Part shown: positions 25,691 through 33,626 of the stretch, piece after piece | How positions within the stretch are numbered: position 1 is the first letter of the stretch | Layout: each line of letters begins with the position of its first letter | Source: Actinomycetota bacterium | GTDB lineage: Bacteria > Actinomycetota > Acidimicrobiia > Spongiisociales > UBA11373 | Direction of reading: 5' to 3' | Assembly (NCBI GenBank): GCA_043805935.1 | Contig: JAZDHM010000100.1 | Location: forward strand, 1-45,946 | DNA: 45,946 nucleotides | Made by a program: the position numbers and the translations under genes | The notes under the pieces: model-generated | Seen by the model: the letters and a program-made list of their open reading frames with translations, nothing else | What the model was told of the DNA's origin: nothing | Databases searched by the model: none

Positions 25691-26458
25691 ATGTTCCAGG
25701 TGCGCGATGACGGTCCGGTCCAGCGGCTCACGATCGACAACCCGGCGCATCGCAACGCGGTGCCCTTCGACCAGTGGGAGCGTCTCGCCGAGCTGATCGC
25801 GGAGTTCGGGTCCTCCGGGGCCCGGGTGTTGGTCGTCGATGGCGCAGGAGAGCACTTCTGTGCGGGCGCCGATGTTGGGGGCACTTTCACCCCCGCGTCG
25901 GTCGCCGCAGGGTACGAGGTGATGCAGCACGTCGGGCGGGCGGCGGAGGCGCTGCATGCGCTCACCAAGCCGACCATTGCCGCGGTCGACGGGGTGGCGG
26001 TCGGGGCGGGGATGAACCTCGCCCTGGGCTGCGACGTCGTGGTGGCCACCGACCGGGCCAGGTTCTCGGAGATCTTCGTCAAGCGGGGCCTGACGGTCGA
26101 CTTCGGGGGGACCTGGCTCTTGCCCCGCCGGGTGGGAATGGCCAGGGCCAAGGAGCTGGCGCTCACCGGCCGAGTGTTCGGCGCAGACGAGGCCGAGCGC
26201 ATCGGAATCGTCAGCCGGGTGGTTCCCGCCGAGCGCCTCGAGCAGGAGGTCGCGGCGCTCGCCGCCGAGCTTGCCGCCGGAGCTCCCCTCGCGCAACGCT
26301 TCATCAAGGCGGGGCTCGATCAGGCGTTTGAGATGTCCTTCAGCGAGGCGTTGGCGTACGAGTGGCGCGCCCAGGCGCTGCTCCTCGCCTCGGAGGACTT
26401 CGTGGAGGGCGTGACCTCCTTCATCCAGAAACGCGATCCGCAGTTCAAGGGACGGTGA
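25691..26458 (+). CDS. Enoyl-CoA hydratase/isomerase (crotonase) family protein
   Basis: The internal ATG at 25691 gives MFQVRDDGPVQRLTIDNPAHRNA. Motifs include GAGEHFCAGADV, KPTIAAVDGVAVGAGMNLALGCD and EGVTSFIQKRDPQFKG. Confidence 0.88.
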   Translation: MFQVRDDGPVQRLTIDNPAHRNAVPFDQWERLAELIAEFGSSGARVLVVDGAGEHFCAGADVGGTFTPASVAAGYEVMQHVGRAAEALHALTKPTIAAVDGVAVGAGMNLALGCDVVVATDRARFSEIFVKRGLTVDFGGTWLLPRRVGMARAKELALTGRVFGADEAERIGIVSRVVPAERLEQEVAALAAELAAGAPLAQRFIKAGLDQAFEMSFSEALAYEWRAQALLLASEDFVEGVTSFIQKRDPQFKGR

Positions 26459-26461
26459 TCG

Positions 26462-26491
26462 CCGGGGAGGGGGCGGTGTCCCTCTCCCCGG
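26462..26491 (+). terminator. Strong GC hairpin immediately after the enoyl-CoA hydratase gene (terminator-like, no U tract)
   Basis: CCGGGGAGGGGG (26462-26473) pairs with CCCTCTCCCCGG (26480-26491), giving a 12-bp stem with one G-U pair and a 6-nt loop. It starts 4 nt after the TGA at 26456-26458. Confidence 0.35.
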
Positions 26492-26549
26492 GGACGCCGG
26501 TGACGCAGCGGCCCGGGGTCGCGTCACACCCGGCTCATACGGTGGCCGC

Positions 26550-28019
26550 ATGTTCGCCTCGGTCACCTCAGCCGCCCTCGTCGGTGTCGAATCGCGCCCG
26601 GTCCGCGTGGAGGTCCACGTCGCCGGTCGGACGAGGGGATTCACGATCGTCGGCCTCCCCGACGCCTCAGTGCGCGAGGCGCGGGAGCGAGTCCGTGCGG
26701 CGATCTCCTCGTCCGGCTTCAACTTCCCGGCTCGGGTGGTGACGGTCAACCTCGCCCCGGCCGATCTCCCCAAGGTCGGATCGGCGTACGACCTCCCCAT
26801 CGCCCTTGGGGTGCTCGCCGCCTCCGAGGAGGTTCCCGTGGCCGTCACCGGCGTCGTCGCCATTGGCGAACTCGCCCTCGACGGCACCGTGCGGGCCGCC
26901 CGGGGCGGGCTGGCGGCGGGGATCGTCGCCCGCCGCACCGGCTCGGCTTGCCTCGTGGCGACCGCCGGAGTCGCCGAGGCCGCCACGTCCACTGCGGACG
27001 TGCGCGGAGTGCGCAGCCTCGCCCACGCGGTGGCGGTCGCTCTCGGGGAGGATCGGGGGGAGGCTCCGCCGGTGGGCTCGATCGAGGCTCCCGCCGCCGC
27101 GACCGACCTTGCCTCGGTACGCGGCCAGGCGATGGCTCGGCGGGCGGTGGAGGTGGCTGCCGCCGGAGGGCACCATCTGATGCTGGTAGGACCCCCTGGA
27201 GCGGGCAAGACCATGCTCGCCAGGGCACTGCCGGGGGTGCTTCCCGATCTCACTGCCATCGAGTCGCTCGAGGTCGCCCAGGCGCACGCCGCCGCGGGAA
27301 GGCCGCCGGCCATCGACGCGCGCCCACCGTTCCGCAGCCCGCACCACAGCGCCACCCCTGCCGCCATCCTCGGCGGCGGCTCGGGGGTTCCGGTGCCGGG
27401 CGAGCTCACCCTCGCCGACCACGGCGTGTTGTTCCTCGACGAGCTGGCCGAGTTCCCGACCTACCTGCTCGACACGCTCCGCCAGCCGATCGAGGAGGGC
27501 CGGGTGCACATCGCCCGCAAGGGCGTCTCGGTGTCGTTTCCCTCCCGGGTCCAGCTGGTGGCGGCGACCAATCCCTGCCCGTGCGGGTATCGGGGTGACG
27601 GGCGCACCCCGTGTCGGTGCTCGCCGGCATCGGTCGATCGGTACCGGACGCGCCTCTCCGGCCCGCTCCTCGACCGGTTCGACCTGCGGGTCCCGGTGCC
27701 CCGGGTCGAGGTCGACGAGCTGCTCGGGCCGCCCGGGGAGCCATCCGCCGAGGTTCGACTCCGGGTGGAGGCGGCGCGCCGGGTGCAGGCGGAGCGCGGC
27801 GCGCTCAACCGCACCCTCGCCCGCGATGACCTCGATCGGCTCGCTTGGGATGCCGACTCGGAGCGACTACTCCGGGCGGCGATGGATCGGCTCGGTCTCA
27901 CCGGGCGAGGTTGGGACCGGGTGCGCCGGGTGGCGCGCACGATCGCAGACCTGGCCGGTGCCGACCTGGCCACGGGCGACCACGTGGCCGAGGCCATGAC
28001 CCTGCGGGGCTCCGCATGA
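26550..28019 (+). CDS. comM: YifB/ComM family Mg-chelatase-like AAA+ ATPase
   Basis: 489 aa. The N-terminal Lon-S5-like domain reads GLPDASVREARERVRAAI...NLAPADLPKVGSAYDLPIALG. Walker A is LVGPPGAGKTMLA and Walker B is VLFLDELAEF. Confidence 0.93.
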   Translation: MFASVTSAALVGVESRPVRVEVHVAGRTRGFTIVGLPDASVREARERVRAAISSSGFNFPARVVTVNLAPADLPKVGSAYDLPIALGVLAASEEVPVAVTGVVAIGELALDGTVRAARGGLAAGIVARRTGSACLVATAGVAEAATSTADVRGVRSLAHAVAVALGEDRGEAPPVGSIEAPAAATDLASVRGQAMARRAVEVAAAGGHHLMLVGPPGAGKTMLARALPGVLPDLTAIESLEVAQAHAAAGRPPAIDARPPFRSPHHSATPAAILGGGSGVPVPGELTLADHGVLFLDELAEFPTYLLDTLRQPIEEGRVHIARKGVSVSFPSRVQLVAATNPCPCGYRGDGRTPCRCSPASVDRYRTRLSGPLLDRFDLRVPVPRVEVDELLGPPGEPSAEVRLRVEAARRVQAERGALNRTLARDDLDRLAWDADSERLLRAAMDRLGLTGRGWDRVRRVARTIADLAGADLATGDHVAEAMTLRGSA

Positions 28020-29068
28020 CCGGGCGTGCAGAACCGTCCGACCGCGACGACCGCATCGTGTTGGCGTCCCTCGCGCTTCACCCCGATCGGTCCCGCGGAC
28101 TGCGCGACCGCTGCGGCGGCGCCGGGGCGGTCGTGGCCGCGGTCCGAAGCGGACGGGCGGAGGGTATCGACCCGGGAAAGGTCGCCACCGCCGCCCAGTG
28201 CCGGGCGGCCGTCGACGCCGCCGGTTGCCGGGTGGTGATGCTCGGTGACGCCGAGTACCCCGGGCAGTTGGCAGGCATCGCCGATCCCCCCGACCTGCTG
28301 TTCGTCAGGGGGCCGTTGCCGGTCGGTGCCGGCGTCGCCGTGGTGGGCACCCGCGGGTGCACCGCCTACGGCACCCGGATCGCCCGCGATTACGGCAGGG
28401 CGATCGCCGAGGCGGGCTGGCCGCTCATCTCCGGACTGGCACGGGGCATCGACGCCGCCGCCCATACCGGCACGGTCACGGGAGGAGGGGTCGGGGTCGT
28501 CGTTCTCGGATCCGGCCCGGATGTCGTGTATCCCCGGGAGCATCGGCCCCTGGGAGACAGGCTGCTGGGGCTGGGGGGAGCGGTGATCACCGAGTACCCC
28601 CCTGGAACCCCGCCCAACGGCTGGCGGTTCCCGCCGCGCAACCGGATCATCTCGGGGCTCGCCGGCGCGGTGGTCGTGGTGGAAGCCGCGGTGACCGGAG
28701 GGGCGCTGGTCACCGCGGCCAGGGCGGTGGAGCAGGGTCGGGCGATCTTCGCCGTTCCCGGCGACATCGATCGTGAGGCCTCGGCCGGGTGCAACCGGCT
28801 CATCCGCGATGGGGCCGTCCCGGTGTTCGATGCCGACGACCTGATCGAGGCGCTGTCGCTGGTGCTGGGGCCACCGCGTCGGCCGGTGGAGCGGGAGCCG
28901 GCAGAAGACGAAGACGTCCCCGAGTTGGTCGGCCCCGGCGGGACCACGGTCGACGATCTCGGGGCGCGCCTCGGGGTGAGCGGACCCGCCCTGCTCTCCC
29001 TCGTCGGGCGCATGGAACTGGCGGGGGCGATTCGGCGCGAGGGGGAGCTGATCCTGCCGGGTCGTTGA
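28016..29068 (+). CDS. dprA: DNA-processing protein DprA
   Basis: The internal ATG at 28016 overlaps the comM stop (ATGA). Motifs include [39 protein letters not shown] and a C-terminal winged-helix tail. Confidence 0.9.
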   Translation: MTGRAEPSDRDDRIVLASLALHPDRSRGLRDRCGGAGAVVAAVRSGRAEGIDPGKVATAAQCRAAVDAAGCRVVMLGDAEYPGQLAGIADPPDLLFVRGPLPVGAGVAVVGTRGCTAYGTRIARDYGRAIAEAGWPLISGLARGIDAAAHTGTVTGGGVGVVVLGSGPDVVYPREHRPLGDRLLGLGGAVITEYPPGTPPNGWRFPPRNRIISGLAGAVVVVEAAVTGGALVTAARAVEQGRAIFAVPGDIDREASAGCNRLIRDGAVPVFDADDLIEALSLVLGPPRRPVEREPAEDEDVPELVGPGGTTVDDLGARLGVSGPALLSLVGRMELAGAIRREGELILPGR

Positions 29069-29078
29069 CCGGGGCCGG

Positions 29079-29993
29079 GTGGGCGGCGACGATGAACCGG
29101 TGAGCCGCGTACCGGAGACACCGCACTGGGCCAAACCCGGGGTCGCGGCGTTCCTCGACCGGCTGGCCGCCGAGCGCGGGCTGTCGGCAAACACCACCGC
29201 CGCCTATGGACGCGACCTCGCCCAGTTCTTCGAGTTCTGCGATCGGATGGGGATCTCGGCGTTCGCCGCGGTGGATCGGCACGCCGTGCGGCGGTTCCAG
29301 GCACAGTTGGTGTCCCGCAGGTACGCCTCGTCGTCGATTGCCCGCAAGGCGTCGGCGGTTCGCTCGTTCTTCTCCGACGCCCTCCGGCGTGATGTGGTGA
29401 CGGCAGACCCGACGGTCGGCCTTCCCACCCGGCGGCGGCCATCCCGGCTGCCCAAGGCCGTGCCGGCTCGGGCGTTGGGGGAGATGCTCGACTCGATCGA
29501 CGGCGATTCCGTCACCGACGTGCGGGACCGGGCGATCCTCGAGACCCTCTACGGCACCGGCCTGCGGGTGTCCGAACTGGCCGGGCTGCGGGTCGGGGAT
29601 GTCGCCGGCGTGGAGCTGGTCAGGGTGCTCGGCAAGGGATCCAAGGAGCGGGTCGTGCCGCTCGCCGGCCAGGCGCGTCGCAACGTCGAGCGCTATCTCG
29701 CGTCCGCCCGGCCGGCGCTGGCCGGGGAGGCGTCGGGCGACCACCTGTGGCTGGGCGTGAGGGGCGGTCCGCTCGGCCCACGAGGGGTCCGACGGGTGGT
29801 GCGATCCCGCCTCGGCACCTTCCCCCATGCCCTGCGCCACTCGTTCGCCACCCACCTGCTCGAACGGGGGGCAGACCTGCGCGCGGTGCAGGAACTGCTG
29901 GGTCACATTGAACTGGCCACGACCCAGACTTACACTGCTGTGTCCCGTCGTCACCTCAAGGCGACTTATGAGCGATCGCATCCGCGCGCCTGA
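29079..29993 (+). CDS. xerC: Tyrosine recombinase XerC
   Basis: 304 aa. The N-terminal SAM-like domain reads [16 protein letters not shown]. The catalytic region includes [45 protein letters not shown] and TTQTYT. The GTG at 29100 is an alternative start. Confidence 0.92.
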   Translation: MGGDDEPVSRVPETPHWAKPGVAAFLDRLAAERGLSANTTAAYGRDLAQFFEFCDRMGISAFAAVDRHAVRRFQAQLVSRRYASSSIARKASAVRSFFSDALRRDVVTADPTVGLPTRRRPSRLPKAVPARALGEMLDSIDGDSVTDVRDRAILETLYGTGLRVSELAGLRVGDVAGVELVRVLGKGSKERVVPLAGQARRNVERYLASARPALAGEASGDHLWLGVRGGPLGPRGVRRVVRSRLGTFPHALRHSFATHLLERGADLRAVQELLGHIELATTQTYTAVSRRHLKATYERSHPRA

Positions 29994-30759
29994 GCCGTCG
30001 GACCTCGACGGGTACTGGCGTCGCTTCAAGGAGTCCGGGGATCAGCAGGCCCGCGAGGGCTTGATCCTGAACTTCTCGCCGTTGGTGAAGTTCGTCGCCG
30101 GTCGCGTCGGCGTCGGCCTCCCCCGAAACGTCGAGCAGTCCGACCTCATTTCCTATGGGATGTTCGGGCTCATCGACGCCATCGACAAGTTCGAGCCAGA
30201 ACGCGGGATCAAGTTCGAGACGTACGCGGTCAACCGAATCAAAGGGGCGATTCTCGACGAGCTGAGGGCGCTCGACTGGGTGCCCCGTTCGGTGCGGTCG
30301 CGCGCCCGTGAGATTCAGCGATCACTCGACGAGCTGGAGCACCGCCTCAAGAGGACCGCTACCGAGGACGAACTCGCCGAGCACATGGGCATCCCCCTCG
30401 ACACCCTGCAGAACCAGCTCGGGGAGATCGCCGGCCTCGGATTCGTGGCGCTGGACGAGCTGATCGACCCGAGCGAACGGGGCTCGGCGACCCTGGGCGA
30501 CCTGCTCTCCGATCCCAAGGGCATCGACCCCGGTTCGAGCTTCGAACAGCAGGAGAACCGGTTCGTGCTCAGCGATGCGATCAACCGGCTCCCCGAGCGG
30601 GAGCGCCTCGTGGTCACCCTCTACTACTACGAAGGCCTCACCCTGGCCGAGATCGGCGACGTGCTCGGCGTCACCGAGTCGCGCATCTGCCAGATCCACA
30701 CCAAGTCGGTGATGTCGCTGCGGAACCGGATGCTGGAGCCGGGTCAGAAGCCGGGCTGA
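29968..30759 (+). CDS. whiG: FliA/WhiG-family (sigma-28 type) RNA polymerase sigma factor
   Basis: The internal ATG at 29968 overlaps the xerC 3' end by 26 nt. Motifs include [52 protein letters not shown] and region 4.2, [28 protein letters not shown]. Confidence 0.88.
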   Translation: MSDRIRAPEPSDLDGYWRRFKESGDQQAREGLILNFSPLVKFVAGRVGVGLPRNVEQSDLISYGMFGLIDAIDKFEPERGIKFETYAVNRIKGAILDELRALDWVPRSVRSRAREIQRSLDELEHRLKRTATEDELAEHMGIPLDTLQNQLGEIAGLGFVALDELIDPSERGSATLGDLLSDPKGIDPGSSFEQQENRFVLSDAINRLPERERLVVTLYYYEGLTLAEIGDVLGVTESRICQIHTKSVMSLRNRMLEPGQKPG

Positions 30760-30784
30760 GAAGAACGCTGCCCGCTTCCCGCTT

Positions 30785-30840
30785 CCCGCTACGGCTCCGG
30801 TGGCCGCGTGTCCTGCGGGAAGCCGGCAGCCGGTAGCGGG
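30785..30840 (+). terminator. Long imperfect GC-rich hairpin after the sigma-factor gene (terminator-like, no U tract)
   Basis: CCCGCTACGGCTCCGG (30785-30800) pairs with CCGGCAGCCGGTAGCGGG (30823-30840) with two single-nt bulges and a 22-nt apical loop. It begins 26 nt after the stop at 30759 and follows three tandem CCCGCT(T/A) heptamers (30771-30791). Confidence 0.3.
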
Positions 30841-30912
30841 CCGCGACGGAGCGCGGCGGTGGGAAGCCGCGCCCGCACTACAGTTCCTCCCCAATCACAC
30901 ACGTCGGCCGCA

Positions 30913-30950
30913 CCCTCCCGCGGTCGGAGCGCCCGTGCGCTCCGGGGAGG
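30913..30950 (+). promoter_or_regulatory. Hairpin in the rpsB upstream region pairing a CCUCC tract with a GGAGG tract
   Basis: The sequence is CCCTCCC-GCGGTC-GGAGCGC-CCGT-GCGCTCC-GG-GGAGG. The inner stem is a perfect 7 bp with a 4-nt loop, and the outer stem pairs CCTCC with GGAGG. It lies about 50 nt upstream of the rpsB GTG. Confidence 0.35.
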
Positions 30951-30998
30951 CCAAAGGGCCGGCGGAGGCACAACCCAAACGACCAGAGGAGGCCCACG

Positions 30999-31730
30999 GT
31001 GGCAGCCGTGACCATGAAGCAACTGCTCGAAGCGGGGGTCCACTTCGGGCATCAGACCAGGCGCTGGGACCCGAAGATGCGCCCGTACATCTTCTCGGAG
31101 CGCAACGGGATCCACATCATCGACCTGCGCCAGACCCTCGAATCGTCCGAAGCGGCCGCCACCTTCGTCAAGGACCTCGTCGCCCGCGGCGGGATGGTCC
31201 TGTTCGTCGGGACCAAGAAGCAGGCGCAGAGCGTGGTCGAGGAGGCGGCGACCAAGGCGTCGATGCCGTACGTCAACCAGCGCTGGCTCGGCGGCATGCT
31301 CACCAACTTCTCCACGATCCACAAGCGCATCCTCTACATGCGTGAGCTGGAGCGAATGGACGAGTCGGGCGAGATGAATGCCCTCCCCAAGAAGGAGCGG
31401 CTCCGGCTGCGCCGGGAGCTGGAGAAGCTGGCCGCGGTACTCGGCGGAGTGCGCGAGCTGCACAGGGCGCCGGATGCGGTGTTCGTGATCGATGTCAAGA
31501 CCGAGCACATCGCCATCACCGAGGCGAGCCGTCTGGAGATCCCGATCATCGCCGTGGTCGACACGAACTGCGATCCGGATCTGATCGACTACGTGATCCC
31601 GGGCAACGACGACGCGATTCGCGCCGCCCAGTTGATGGCCAACCTGATCGCCGACGCGTGCATCGAAGGTGCCGAGCTGGCGACCGCCAAGGCGAAGGAT
31701 CGCAAGTCCGGTGGTGACGGCGGTGAGTGA
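30999..31730 (+). CDS. rpsB: 30S ribosomal protein S2
   Basis: The GTG at 30999 lies 6 nt after AGAGGAGG. The product starts MAAVTMKQLLEAGVHFGHQTRRWDPKM. Confidence 0.97.
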   Translation: MAAVTMKQLLEAGVHFGHQTRRWDPKMRPYIFSERNGIHIIDLRQTLESSEAAATFVKDLVARGGMVLFVGTKKQAQSVVEEAATKASMPYVNQRWLGGMLTNFSTIHKRILYMRELERMDESGEMNALPKKERLRLRRELEKLAAVLGGVRELHRAPDAVFVIDVKTEHIAITEASRLEIPIIAVVDTNCDPDLIDYVIPGNDDAIRAAQLMANLIADACIEGAELATAKAKDRKSGGDGGE

Positions 31731-32340
31731 GATCACGGCGAAGCAGGTTTCGGATCTGCGCAAGGCGACCGGCGCCGGGATGATGGATGTCAAGCGCGCC
31801 CTCGAAGAAGCCGGGGGCGACGTCACCCGGGCCAAGGACCTGCTGCGCGAAAAGGGTCTGGCCTCGGCGAAGAAGCGTACCGGCCGGGTGACGACGCAGG
31901 GCTCGATCGGGTCGTACCTGCACACCCAGGCCGACCGCCCGGTGATCGGCGTCATCGTGGAGCTCGCCTCCGAGACCGACTTCGTCGCCAAGAGCGCCGA
32001 GTTCCAGGCCGCCGCCAACGACGTCGCCATGCACATCGCCTGGGCGCGGCCGCGGTGGGTTCGGCGCGAGGAGGTGCCCGAGGAGCTGCTCGCCAAGGAG
32101 CGGGAGCTGATCGCCGCCCAGGCGCGCAACGAGGGCAAGCCCGACAAGGCGATCGACAAGATCGTCGAAGGGCGGATCAACGCCTTCTACCAGGACAACG
32201 TGCTGTACGACCAGGTGTTCATGAACAGCGAGAAGTTCGACGGCACGGTGGGCGAGATGGTCGAGGGCCTGGCGGCCCAGATGGGCGAGAACATCACGGT
32301 GAGCCGGATCGCCCGCATCGGCGTGGGCGAGGCCGAATGA
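31723..32340 (+). CDS. tsf: Elongation factor Ts (short form, about 205 aa)
   Basis: The GTG at 31723 overlaps the rpsB end by 8 nt. It gives [28 protein letters not shown] (UBA-like domain), followed by [16 protein letters not shown]. Confidence 0.93.
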   Translation: MSEITAKQVSDLRKATGAGMMDVKRALEEAGGDVTRAKDLLREKGLASAKKRTGRVTTQGSIGSYLHTQADRPVIGVIVELASETDFVAKSAEFQAAANDVAMHIAWARPRWVRREEVPEELLAKERELIAAQARNEGKPDKAIDKIVEGRINAFYQDNVLYDQVFMNSEKFDGTVGEMVEGLAAQMGENITVSRIARIGVGEAE

Positions 32341-33044
32341 TGGTCCGGCGGGTGGCGCTCAAGCTGTCCGGCGAGTCGTTCGCCGACTCGGAGCTCGGCT
32401 ACGGGATCGACCCCAAGACCGTAGCCCGGCTGGCGAGCGAGATCGCCACGGTTCACGCCGAGGGCCACCAGATCGCCATGGTGGTCGGCGGCGGGAACAT
32501 CTTCCGCGGCCTGTCGTCGGCTGCCGCCGGCATGGACCGCGCCAACGCCGACTACATGGGGATGCTGGCCACGGTGATCAACGCCCTGGCGTTGCGTGAC
32601 GCGCTGGAGACGGCCGGGGTGCCCACAAGGGTGCAGACCGCCATCACGATTGCCCAGGTCGCGGAGCCGTACATTCGGCTCCGGGCGATCCGGCACCTGG
32701 AGAAGGGGAGGGCGGTGGTGTTCGCCGGCGGGACCGGCAATCCGTACTTCACCACCGACACCACGGTGGCGCTGCGCGCCGCGGAGATCGGCGCCGACGC
32801 GGTGCTCAAGGGCACGCGCGTCGACGGGGTGTACGACGCCGACCCCGAAACCCACCCGGATGCCACCCTGATTCATGAGATCACCTACATGGAGGTGCTC
32901 GAGCGCGGTCTTCGGGTGATGGACAACACCGCCATTACGATGTGCATGGACAACGACCTGCCGATCCGGGTCTTCAACATCACCGTTCCGGGCAACGTCG
33001 CCCGTGCCATCCGCGGCGAACCGGTCGGGACCCTGGTGCGCTGA
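32337..33044 (+). CDS. pyrH: UMP kinase
   Basis: The ATG at 32337 overlaps the tsf stop. Motifs include [49 protein letters not shown] and GVYDADP. Confidence 0.95.
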   Translation: MMVRRVALKLSGESFADSELGYGIDPKTVARLASEIATVHAEGHQIAMVVGGGNIFRGLSSAAAGMDRANADYMGMLATVINALALRDALETAGVPTRVQTAITIAQVAEPYIRLRAIRHLEKGRAVVFAGGTGNPYFTTDTTVALRAAEIGADAVLKGTRVDGVYDADPETHPDATLIHEITYMEVLERGLRVMDNTAITMCMDNDLPIRVFNITVPGNVARAIRGEPVGTLVR

Positions 33045-33057
33045 CGGGAGGTGCAGC

Positions 33058-33609
33058 GTGATCGATGAGCTGCTCGGCGAGGCCGAGGCGAAGATGCGGC
33101 ACGCCGTGGAGCATCTCCAGGGCGAGTTCGCCACCGTTCGCACCGGCCGCGCCAATGCCTCGGTTCTCCACCGGGTGATGGTCGACTATTACGGAGCACC
33201 GACCCCGCTCCAGCAACTGGCTTCGGTGTCGGTCCCCGAGCCGCAGCTGCTGGTGATCCAGCCCTACGACCGGTCCTCCCTCACCACGATCGAGCGGGCG
33301 ATCCAGATGTCCTCTCTGGGCGTGAACCCGGCCAACGACGGGACGGTGATCCGCTTGGCGTTCCCACCGCTCACCGAAGAGCGGCGGCGCGAGCTCATCA
33401 AGCTCGTCCACCACCAGGCCGAGGAGGGACGGGTGGCGGTGCGCAACGTCCGTCGTCACAGCAAGAGCGATATGGAGGCGCTGGAGGGGGAGGTCTCCGA
33501 GGACGACGTCCGCCGCGGCGAAGCCAGCCTCCAGGAGATGACGGACCGGTTCATCAAGAGAGTCGATGAGCTCCTCCAGCACAAAGAGGCCGAGCTGCTG
33601 GAAGTGTGA
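33058..33609 (+). CDS. frr: Ribosome recycling factor
   Basis: The GTG at 33058 lies 6 nt after GGGAGG. Motifs include FATVRTGRANASVL, VDYYGAPTPLQQLA and LTEERRRELIK. Confidence 0.95.
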   Translation: MIDELLGEAEAKMRHAVEHLQGEFATVRTGRANASVLHRVMVDYYGAPTPLQQLASVSVPEPQLLVIQPYDRSSLTTIERAIQMSSLGVNPANDGTVIRLAFPPLTEERRRELIKLVHHQAEEGRVAVRNVRRHSKSDMEALEGEVSEDDVRRGEASLQEMTDRFIKRVDELLQHKEAELLEV

Positions 33610-33626
33610 TCTCCGGAGGAGGCCGC

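Noticed and set aside
25526-27409. A 627-aa minus-strand ORF opposite the crotonase and comM genes. Similar shadow ORFs occur at 27461..29197, 28800..30029, 36772..38418, 37554..38945 and 42801..44549.
   Set aside because: All overlap genes with clear family motifs on the other strand and translate to Arg/Pro/Gly/Ser-rich sequence. None has a recognisable domain.
26550-29068. comM-dprA as a competence or defence module.
   Set aside because: This pair, preceded by yraN, is part of the conserved actinobacterial backbone (Rv2898c-Rv2896c in M. tuberculosis, from memory). It occurs in non-competent species too, and there is nothing atypical in the sequences.
29079-29993. The tyrosine recombinase as the integrase of a mobile element or island.
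   Set aside because: It sits in the conserved dprA-xerC-(whiG)-rpsB position and has XerC-type motifs. No att-like repeats, tRNA or phage genes are nearby.
30760-30998. A possible tRNA or other small RNA gene in the largest intergenic region.
   Set aside because: There is no cloverleaf-compatible arrangement and no T-loop (GTTCRANNC) or D-loop motifs. The structures seen are simple hairpins, better explained as a terminator and a leader.
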